Shown here: positions 54,101 to 64,000 of the stretch, one piece after another
How the letters are laid out: each line of letters starts with the position of its first letter
Position numbering within the stretch: position 1 is the stretch's first letter
Assembly (NCBI GenBank): GCA_964016885.1
Contig: OZ024742.1
Location: forward strand, 163,618,001 to 163,682,000
Direction: 5' to 3'
DNA from: Eledone cirrhosa
Taxonomy: Eukaryota
DNA length: 64,000 nt
Notes under the pieces: model-generated
Told to the model about the DNA's origin: nothing
Seen by the model: the letters and a program-made list of their open reading frames with translations, nothing else
Databases searched by the model: none
Program-made: the position numbers and the translations under genes

Positions 54101-54810
54101 GGCTAGAAATTACCTCTCCTTGGACGGCTGAAAATTATCTCCCCTTGGACGGCTGGAAATTATCTCCCCTTGGAAGGCTGGAAATTATCTCCCCTTGGAC
54201 GGCTGGAAATTATCTCCCCTTGCACGGCTGGAAATTATCTCCCCTTGGACAGCTGGAAATTATCTGCCCTTGATTTTGTTTTTACAAATTATCTCCCCCT
54301 GATTTTTTTTACAAATTATCTCCACCTGATTTTTTAAAAAATTATCTCCCCTTGGACGGCTGGAAATTATCTCCCCTTGGACGGCTAGAAATTATCTCTC
54401 TTTGGACGGCTGGAAATTATCTCCCTTTGATTTTTTTTACAAATTATTTCCCTCTGATTTTTTTTACAAATTGCCCCCTGATTTTTTAAAAAAAATTATC
54501 TCCCCTTCGCTGGCTGGAAATTATCTCCCCTTGGACACTGGAAATTATAGCCCCTTGGAGGGCTGGAAATTATCTTCCCTTGGACGGCTGGAAATTATCT
54601 CCCCTTGATTTTTTTTACAAATTATCTCCCCCTGATTTTTTTTACAAATTATCTCCCCCTGATTTTTTTTTACAAATTATCTCCGCCTGATTTTTTTTTT
54701 AAATTATCTCTCCTTGGACGGCTGGAAATTATCTCCCCTTGATTTTTTTTACAAATCATCTCCCCCTGATTTTTTTTACAAATTATCTCCCCCTGATTTT
54801 TTTTTACAAA
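51180..54810 (+). repeat. Nested tandem duplication, ~1.8 kb x2, inside 9-kb copy 1
   Basis: ORF offsets 51543/53345, 51781/53583, 52268/54070, 52600/54402 are all 1802; marker tccccgtga at 51211 and 53042. Confidence 0.93.
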
Positions 54811-57800
54811 TTATCTACCCCTGATTTTTTTTTACAAATTATCTCCCCCTAATTTTTTTTACAAATTATCTCCCCCTGATTTTTTTTACAAATTATCTCC
54901 CCCTGATTTTTTTTTACAAATTATCTCCCCCTGATTTTTTTTTACAAATTATCTACCCCTGATTTTTTTTTACAAATTATCTCCCCCTGATTTTTTTTAC
55001 AAATTATCTCCCCCTGATTTTTTTACAAATTATCTCCCCCTGATTTTTTTACAAATTATCTCCCCCTGATTTTTTTTACAAATTATCTCCGCCTAATTTT
55101 TTTAAATATTATCTTCCCTTGGCTGGCGGGAAATTATCTCGCCTTGGACGGCTGAATATTATCTCCCCTTGGACGGCTGGAAATTATCTCCCCTTGATTT
55201 TTTTTACAAATTATCTCCCCCTGATTATTTTTTACGAATTATCTCCCCCTGATTTTTTTTTACAAATTATCTCCCCCTGATTTTTTTTACAAATTATCTC
55301 CCCCTGATTTTTTTACAAATTATCTCCCCTTGGCTGGCTGGAAATTATCTCCCCTTGGAGGCTGGAATTTATCTCCCCTTGGACGGCTGGAAATTATCTC
55401 TCCTTGGACGGCTAGAAATTACCTCTCCTTGGACGGCTGGAAAATATGTCTCCTTGGACGGCTGGAAATTATCTCCCCTTCGACGGCTGGAAATTATCTC
55501 CCCTTGGACGGCTGGAAATTATCTCTCCTTGGACGGCTAGAAATTACCTCTCCTTGGACGGCTGAAAATTATCTCCCCTTGGACGGCTGGAAATTATCTC
55601 CCCTTGATTTTTTTTACAAATTATCTCCCCTGATTTTTTTTTACAAATTATCTCCCCGATTTTTTTTTACAAATTATCTCCCCCTGATATTTTTTACAAA
55701 TTATCTCCCCCTGATATTTTTTACAAATTATCTCCCCCTGATTTTTTTACAAATTATCTCCCCTTGGCTGGCTGGAAATTATCTCCCCTTGGACGGCTGG
55801 AAATTATCTCCCCTTGGACGGCTGGAAATTATCTCCCCTTGGACGGCTAGATATTACCTCCCCTTGGACGGCTGGAAATTATCTCCCCTTGATTTTTTTA
55901 CAAATTATCTCCCCCTAATTTTTTTTACAAATTATCTCCCCCTGATTTTTTTTTACGAATTATCTCCCCCTGATTTTTTTTTACAAACTATCTCCGCCTG
56001 ATTTTTTTTTAATATGATCTCCCCTTGGACGGCTGGAAATTATCTCCCCTTGGACGGCTGGAAATTATCTCCCCTTGGACGGCTAGAAATTACCTCGCCT
56101 TGGACGGCTGAAAATTATCTCCCCTTGGACGGCTGCAAATTATCTCCCCCTGATTTTTTTTTACAAATTATCTCCCCCTGATTTTTTTTTACAAATTATC
56201 TCCCCCTGATTTTTTTTTTACAAATTATCTCCCCCCTGATATTTTTTACGATCTCCGCCTGATTTTTTTAAAAATTGTCTTCCCTTGGCTGGCGGGAAAT
56301 TATCTCCCCTTGGACGGCTGGAAATTATATCCCCTTGGAAGGATGGAAATTATCTCCCCTTGGACGGCTGGAAATTATCTCCCCTTGGACGGCTGGAAAT
56401 TATCTCCCCTTGGACAGCTGGAAATTATCTGCCCTTGATTTTGTTTTTACAAATTATCTCCCCCTGATTTTTTTTACAAATTATCTCCACCTGATTTTTT
56501 AAAAATTATCTCCCCTTGGACGGCAGTAAATTATCTCTCCTTGGCTGGAAATTATCTCCCCTTGGACGGCTAGAAATTATCTCTATTTGGACGGCTGGAA
56601 ATTATCTCCCTTTGATTTTTTTTACAAATTATCTCCCCCTGATTTTTTTTTTAAATTATCTCTCCTTGGACGGCTGGAAATTATCTCCCCTTGATTTTTT
56701 TTACAAATTATCTCCCCCTGATTTTTTTTACAAATTATCTCCCCCTGATTTTTTTTTACAAATTATCTACCCCTGATTTTTTTTTACAAATTATCTCCCC
56801 CTGATTTTTTTTACAAATTATCTCCCCCTGATTTTTTTACAAATTATCTCCCCCTGATTTTTTTACAAATTATCTCCCCCTGATTTTTTTTACAAATTAT
56901 CTCCGCCTAATTTTTTTAAATATTATCTTCCCTTGGCTGGCGGGAAATTATCTCCCCTTGGACGGCTGAAAATTATCTCCCCTTGGACGGCTGGAAATTA
57001 TCTCCCCTTGATTTTTTTTACAAATTATCTCCCCCTGATTATTTTTTACAAATTACCTCCCCCTGATTTTTTTTTTACAAATTATCTCCCCCTGATTTTT
57101 TTTACAAATTATCTCCCCTTGGCTGGCTGGAAATTATCTCCCCTTGGAGGCTGGAATTTATCTCCCCTTGGACGGCTAGAAATTACCTCTCCTTGGACGG
57201 TTGGAAAATATGTCTCCTTGGACGGCTGGAAATTATCTCCCCTTGGACGGCTGGAAATTATCTCCCCTTGGACGGCTGGAAATTATCTCTCCTCGGACGG
57301 CTAGAAATTACCTCTCCTTGGACGGCTGAAAATTATCTCCCCTTGGACGGCTGGAAATTATCTCCCCTTGATTTTTTTTACAAATTATCTCCCCCTGATT
57401 TTTTTTACAAATTATCTCCCCCTGATTTTTTTTTACAAATTATCTCCCCCTGATATTTTTTACAAATTATCTCCCCCTGATTTTTTTTACAAATTATCTC
57501 CCCTTGGCAGGCTGAAAATTATCTCCCCTTGGAGGCTGGAATTTATCTCCCCTTGGACGGCTAGAAATTACCTCGGCTTGGACGGCTGGAAAATATGTCT
57601 CCTTGGACGGCTGGAAATTATCTCCCCTTGGACGGCTGGAAATTATCTCCCCTTGGACGGCTGGAAATTATCTCCCCTTGGACGGCTAGATATTACCTCC
57701 CCTTGGACGGCTGGAAATTATCTCCCCTTGATTTTTTTTTACAAATTATCTCCCCCTGATTTTTTTTTACGAATTATCTCCCCCTGATTTTTGTTTTACA

Positions 57801-60189
57801 AACTATCTCCGCCTGATTTTTTTTTTAAAATGATCTCCCCTTGGACGCCTGGAAATTATCTCCCCTTGGACGGCTGGAAATTATCTCCCCTTGGACGGCT
57901 AGAAATTACCTCTCCTTGGACGGCTGAAAATTATCTCCCCTTGGACGGCTGCAAATTATCTCCCCTTGATTTTTTTAACAAATTATCTCCCCCTGATTTT
58001 TTTTACAAATTATCTCTCCCTGATTTTTTTTTACAAATTATCTACGCCTAATTTTTTTTACAAATTATCTCCCCCTGATTTTTTTTTACAAATTATCTCC
58101 CCCTGATTTTTTTTTACAAATTATCTCCCCCTGATTTTTTTTTTACAAATTATCTCCCCCCTGATTTTTTTTACAATCTCCGCCTGATTTTTTTAAAAAT
58201 TATCTTCCCTTGGCTGGCGGGAAATTATCTCCCCTTGGACGGCTGGAAATTATATCCCCTTGGAAGGATGGAAATTATCTCCCCTTGGACGGCTGGAAAT
58301 TATCTCCCCTTGGACGGCTGGAAATTATCTCCCCTTGGACAGCTGGAAATTATCTGCCCTTGATTTTGTTTTTACAAATTATCTCCCCCTGATTTTTTTT
58401 ACAAATTATCTCCACCTGATTTTTTAAAAAATTATCTCCCCTTGGACGGCAGTAAATTATCTCTCCTTGGCTGGAAATTATCTCCCCTTGGACGGCTAGA
58501 AATTATCTCTATTTGGACGGCTGGAAATTATCTCCCTTTGATTTTTTTTTACAAATTATCTCCTCCTGATTTTTTTTAAAAATTATCTCTCCTTGGACGG
58601 CTGGAAATTATCTCCCCTTGATTTTTTTTACAAATTATCTCCCCCTGATTTTTTTTACAAATCTCCCCCTGATTTTTAAAAAAAAATTATCTCCCCTTCG
58701 CTGGCTGGAAATTATCTCCCCTTGGACACTGGAAATTATAGCCCCTTGGAGGGCTGGAAATTATCTTCCCTTGGACGGCTGGAAATTATCTCTCCTTGAT
58801 TTTTTTACAAATTATCTCCCCCTGATTTTTTTTTACAAATTATCCCCCCCGATTTTTTTTACAAATTATCTCCCCCTGATTTTTTTTACAAATTATCTCC
58901 CCTTGGACGGCTGGAAATTATCTCCCCTTGGACGGCTGGAAATTATCTCCCCTTGGACGGCTAGAAATTACCTCTCCTTGGACGACTGAAAATTATCTCC
59001 CCTTGGACGGCTGCAAATTATCTCCCCTTGATTTTTTTTACAAATTATCTACCCCTGATTTTTTTTTACAAATTATCTCCCCCTGATTTTTTTACAAATT
59101 ATCTCCCCCTGATTTTTTTACAAATTATCTCCCCCTGATTTTTTTTACAAATTATCTCCGCCTAATTTTTTTAAATATTATCTTCCCTTGGCTGGCGGGA
59201 AATTATCTCCCCTTGGACGGCTGAAAATTATCTCCCCTTGGACGGCTGGAAATTATCTCCCCTTGATTTTTTTTACAAATAAACTCCCCCTGATTATATT
59301 TTACAAATTATCTCCCCCTGATTTTTTTTTACAAATTATCTCCCCCTGATTTTTTTTACAAATTATCTCCCCCTGATTTTTTTACAAATTATCTCCCCTT
59401 GGCTGGCTGGAAATTATCTCCCCTTGGAGGCTGGAATTTATCTCCCCTTGGACGGCTGGAAATTATCTCTCCTTGGACGGCTAGAAATTACCTCTCCTTG
59501 GACGGCTGGAAAATATGTCTCCTTGGACGGCTGGAAATTATCTCCCCTTGCACAGCTGGAAATTATCTCCCCTTGGACGGCTGGAAATTATCTCTCCTTG
59601 GACGGCTAGAAATTACCTCTCCTTGGACGGCTGAAAATTATCTCCCCTTGGACGGCTGGAAATTATCTCCCCTTGATTTTTGTTACAAATTATCTCCCCC
59701 TGATTTTTTTTTACAAATTATCTCCCCCTGATTTTTTTTACAAATTATCTTCCCCTGATTTTTTATAACAAATTATCTCCCCCTGATATTTTTTACAAAT
59801 TATCTCCCCCTGATTTTTTTACAAATTATCTCCCCTTGGCTGGAAATTATCTCCCCTTGGACGGCTAGAAATTATCTCTATTTGGACGGCTGGAAATTAT
59901 CTCCCCCTGATTTTTTTTTACAAATTATCTCCGCCTGATTTTTTTTTAAAAATTATCTCCCCTTGGACGGCTGGAAATTATCTCCCCTTGGACGGCTGGA
60001 AATTATCTCCCCTTGGACGGCTAGAAATTACCTCTCCTTGGACGGCTGAAAATTATCTCCCCTTGGACGGCTGCAAATTATCTCCCCTTGATTTTTTTAA
60101 CAAATTATCTCCCCCTGATTTTTTTTTACAAATTATCTCCCCCTGATTTTTTTTTACAAATTATCTACGCCTAATTTTTTTTACAAATT

Positions 60190-63100
60190 ATCTCCCCCTG
60201 ATTTTTTTTTACAAATTATCTCCCCGTGATTTTTTTTACAAATTATCTCCCCCTGATTTTTTTTTTACAAATTATCTCCGCCTGATTTTTTTTTAAAATT
60301 ATCTCTGCTTGGACGGCTGGATATTATCTCCCCTTTCATTTTTTTTACAAATTATCTCCCCCTGATTTTTTTTTACAAATTATCTACCCCTGATTTTTTT
60401 TTACAAATTATCTCCCCCTGATTTTTTTTACAAATTATCTCCCCCTGATTTTTTTTTTACAAATTATCTCCCCCTGATTTTTTTACAAATTATCTCCCCC
60501 TGATTTTTTTTACAAATTATCTCCGCCTGATTTTTTTAAATATTATCTTACCTTGGCTGGCGGGAAATTATCTCCCCTTGGACGGCTGAAAATTATCTCC
60601 CCTTGGACGGCTGGAAATTATCTCCCCTTGATTTTTTTTACAAATTATCTCCCCCTGATTTTTTTTTACAAATTATCTCCCCCTGATTTTTTTTTACAAA
60701 TTATCTCCCCTGATTTTTTTTTACAAATTATCTCCCCCTGATTTTTTTTACAAATTATCTCCCCCTGATTTTTTTACAAATTATCTCCCCTTGGATGGCT
60801 GGAAATTATCTCCCCTTGGAGGCTGGAATGTATCTCCCCTTGGACAGCTAGAAATTACCTCTCCTTGCACGGCTGGAAAATATGTCCTTGGACGGCTGGA
60901 TATTATCTACCCTTGGACGGCTGGAAATTATCTCCCCTTGGACGGCTGGAAATTATCTCCCCTTGGACGGCTAGATATTACCTCCCCTTGGACGGCTGGA
61001 AATTATCTCCCCTTGATTTATTTTACAAATTATCTCCCCCTGATATTTTTTTACAAATTATCTCCCCCTGATTTTTTTTTACAAATTATCTACCCCTGAT
61101 TTTTTTTTACAAATTATCTCCCCCTGATTTTTTTTACAAATTATCTCCTCCTGATTTTTTTTACAAATTATCTCCCTGATTTTTTACAAATTATCTCCCC
61201 CTGATTTTTTTACAAATTATCTTCCCTTGGCTGGCGGGAAATTATCTCCCCTTGGACGGCTGGAAATTTTCTTCCCTTGCACGGCTGGAAATTATCTCCC
61301 CTTGGTCGGCTAGAAATTACCTCTCCTTGGACGGCTGAAAATTATCTCCCCTTGGACGGCTGGAAATTATCTCCCCTTGGAAGGCTGGAAATTATCTCCC
61401 CTTGGACGGCTGGAAATTATCTCCCCTTGCACGGCTGGAAATTATCTCCCCTTGGACAGCTGGAAATTATCTGCCCTTGATTTTGTTTTTACAAATTATC
61501 TCCCCCTGATTTTTTTTACAAATTATCTCCACCTGATTTTTTAAAAAATTATCTCCCCTTGGACGGCTGGAAATTATCTCCCCTTGGACGGCTAGAAATT
61601 ATCTCTCTTTGGACGGCTGGAAATTATCTCCCTTTGATTTTTTTTACAAATTATTTCCCTCTGATTTTTTTTACAAATTGCCCCCTGATTTTTTAAAAAA
61701 AATTATCTCCCCTTCGCTGGCTGGAAATTATCTCCCCTTGGACACTGGAAATTATAGCCCCTTGGAGGGCTGGAAATTATCTTCCCTTGGACGGCTGGAA
61801 ATTATCTCCCCTTGATTTTTTTTACAAATTATCTCCCCCTGATTTTTTTTACAAATTATCTCCCCCTGATTTTTTTTTACAAATTATCTCCGCCTGATTT
61901 TTTTTTTAAATTATCTCTCCTTGGACGGCTGGAAATTATCTCCCCTTGATTTTTTTTACAAATCATCTCCCCCTGATTTTTTTACAAATTATCTCCCCCT
62001 GATTTTTTTTTACAAATTATCTCCCCCTGATTTTTTTTTACAAATTATCTCCCCGTGATTTTTTTTACAAATTATCTCCCCCTGATTTTTTTTTTACAAA
62101 TTATCTCCGCCTGATTTTTTTTTAAAATTATCTCTGCTTGGACGGCTGGATATTATCTCCCCTTTCATTTTTTTTACAAATTATCTCCCCCTGATTTTTT
62201 TTTACAAATTATCTACCCCTGATTTTTTTTTACAAATTATCTCCCCCTGATTTTTTTTACAAATTATCTCCCCCTGATTTTTTTTTTACAAATTATCTCC
62301 CCCTGATTTTTTTACAAATTATCTCCCCCTGATTTTTTTTACAAATTATCTCCGCCTGATTTTTTTAAATATTATCTTACCTTGGCTGGCGGGAAATTAT
62401 CTCCCCTTGGACGGCTGAAAATTATCTCCCCTTGGACGGCTGGAAATTATCTCCCCTTGATTTTTTTTACAAATTATCTCCCCCTGATTTTTTTTTACAA
62501 ATTATCTCCCCCTGATTTTTTTTTACAAATTATCTCCCCTGATTTTTTTTTACAAATTATCTCCCCCTGATTTTTTTACAAATTATCTCCCCCTGATTTT
62601 TTTACAAATTATCTCCCCTTGGATGGCTGGAAATTATCTCCCCTTGGAGGCTGGAATTTATCTCCCCTTGGACAGCTAGAAATTACCTCTCCTTGCACGG
62701 CTGGAAAATATGTCCTTGGACGGCTGGATATTATCTACCCTTGGACGGCTGGAAATTATCTCCCCTTGGACGGCTGGAAATTATCTCCCCTTGGACGGCT
62801 AGATATTACCTCCCCTTGGACGGCTGGAAATTATCTCCCCTTGATTTATTTTACAAATTATCTCCCCCTGATATTTTTTTACAAATTATCTCCCCCTGAT
62901 TTTTTTGTACAGATTATCTACCCCTGATTTTTTTTTACAAATTATCTCCCCCTGATTTTTTTTTACAAATTATCTCCTCCTGATTTTTTTTACAAATTAT
63001 CTCCCTGATTTTTTACAAATTATCTCCCCCTGATTTTTTTACAAATTATCTTCCCTTGGCTGGCGGGAAATTATCTCCCCTTGGACGGCTGGAAATTTTC

Positions 63101-63850
63101 TTCCCTTGCACGGCTGGAAATTATCTCCCCTTGGTCGGCTAGAAATTACCTCTCCTTGGACGGCTGAAAATTATCTCCCCTTGGACGGCTGGAAATTATC
63201 TCCCCTTGGAAGGCTGGAAATTATCTCCCCTTGGACGGCTGGAAATTATCTCCCCTTGCACGGCTGGAAATTATCTCCCCTTGGACAGCTGGAAATTATC
63301 TGCCCTTGATTTTGTTTTTACAAATTATCTCCCCCTGATTTTTTTTACAAATTATCTACACCTGATTTTTTAAAAAATTATCTCCCCTTGGACGGCTGGA
63401 AATTATCTCCCCTTGGACGGCTAGAAATTATCTCTCTTTGGACGGCTGGAAATTATCTCCCTTTGATTTTTTTTACAAATTATTTCCCTCTGATTTTTTT
63501 TACAAATTGCCCCCTGATTTTTTAAAAAAAATTATCTCCCCTTCGCTGGCTGGAAATTATCTCCCCTTGGACACTGGAAATTATAGCCCCTTGGAGGGCT
63601 GGAAATTATCTTCCCTTGGACGGCTGGAAATTATCTCCCCTTGATTTTTTTTACAAATTATCTCCCCCTGATTTTTTTTACAAATTATCTCCCCCTGATT
63701 TTTTTTTACAAATTATCTCCGCCTGATTTTTTTTTTAAATTATCTCTCCTTGGACGGCTGGAAATTATCTCCCCTTGATTTTTTTTACAAATCATCTCCC
63801 CCTGATTTTTTTTACAAATTATCTCCCCCTGATTTTTTTTTACAAATTAT
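60190..63850 (+). repeat. Nested tandem duplication, ~1.83 kb x2, inside 9-kb copy 2
   Basis: ORF offsets 60553/62382, 61277/63106, 61609/63438 are all 1829; marker tccccgtga at 60221 and 62050. Confidence 0.93.
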
Positions 63851-64000
63851 CTACCCCTGATTTTTTTTTACAAATTATCTCCCCCTAATTTTTTTTACAA
63901 ATTATCTCCCCCTGATTTTTTTTACAAATTATCTCCCCCTGATTTTTTTACAAATTATCTCCCCCTGATTTTTTTTACAAATTATCTCCGCCTAATTTTT

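Larger units (their letters stand above)
45870..63915 (+). repeat. Tandem higher-order duplication, ~9.01 kb x2 (junction near 54.9 kb)
   Basis: ORF offsets: 46318/55330 (9012), 47923/56933, 48781/57791, 50389/59399, 51781/60791 (9010), 54402/63438 (9036). Confidence 0.95.
1..64000 (+). repeat. Composite tandem satellite array of 25-bp (A) and 26-29-bp (B) monomers with shared core AAATTATCTCCCCYTG; runs off both window ends
   Basis: The core AAATTATCTCCCC (or a close variant) recurs every ~21-29 bp from the first to the last line, always in the same orientation, with no intervening non-repeat sequence seen. Confidence 0.99.

Noticed and set aside
10-63644. All ORFs in the track as protein-coding genes, including the 259-aa (10930), 223-aa (55330) and 191-aa (5871, 42079) ORFs
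   Set aside because: They are translations of the satellite, mostly starting at the TTG of the core. The same peptide appears in overlapping frames, and paralogous copies differ by frameshifting T-tract indels, so reading frame is not conserved.
1-64000. CRISPR array (constant repeat plus variable spacer)
   Set aside because: The constant part is only 16 bp, the 'spacers' are 9-13 bp and of just two kinds rather than unique, and no cas genes or leader are visible.
1-64000. G-quadruplex or i-motif array from the C4-C5 tracts
   Set aside because: Tracts are separated by ~21-24 nt, much longer than typical stable loops, so support from sequence alone is weak.
1-64000. Telomeric repeat array (some yeasts have ~25-bp units with a C-rich strand)
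   Set aside because: Two unrelated tails, variable homopolymers, 64-kb length and multi-kilobase duplications do not fit single-template telomerase synthesis; a subtelomeric location cannot be excluded.
1-64000. Inversions or embedded mobile elements
   Set aside because: I saw no reverse-orientation core (GGGGAGATAATTT) on the plus strand and no non-satellite insert, terminal repeat or transposase/RT coding sequence.
1-64000. A single fixed-period higher-order repeat
   Set aside because: Observed periods differ by region (about 1.1, 1.8, 2.5, 4.1, 9.0 and 36.2 kb) and most occur in only 2-4 copies.
1-64000. Pure sequencing or synthetic artefact
   Set aside because: Rare variants recur colinearly in distant copies in a nested, phylogenetically consistent way, as expected from real duplication history, although individual T-tract lengths and copy numbers may be wrong.

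Overview
The whole 64-kb window is one uninterrupted, single-orientation tandem satellite array; I see no genes, RNA genes, transposons or unique sequence. It is built from two monomer types sharing a 16-bp core, AAATTATCTCCCC(C/T)TG. Type A is AAATTATCTCCCCTTGGACGGCTGG (25 bp, 52% GC). Type B is AAATTATCTCCCCCTGA(T7-10)AC (26-29 bp, about 30% GC). There are roughly 2,400-2,500 monomers (estimate from 64,000/26), arranged as alternating A-runs and B-runs. A-runs fall into about five stereotyped ordered 'phrases' of variant monomers with fixed entry and exit junctions. These phrases are assembled into nested, irregular higher-order duplications with periods of about 1.1, 1.8, 2.5, 4.1 and 9.0 kb, plus a 10-15 kb segment repeated about 36.2 kb away. 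All listed ORFs are by-products of the stop-free 25-bp A monomer. The most notable observations are the two-monomer grammar, a length-conserving sliding T/A boundary at TnAm junctions, a GATA motif in nearly every monomer, and a readable duplication chronology. The architecture resembles eukaryotic heterochromatic satellite DNA, but the organism and any function cannot be determined from this sequence. Duplication boundaries were placed by eye from diagnostic variants and ORF-track offsets and are approximate.
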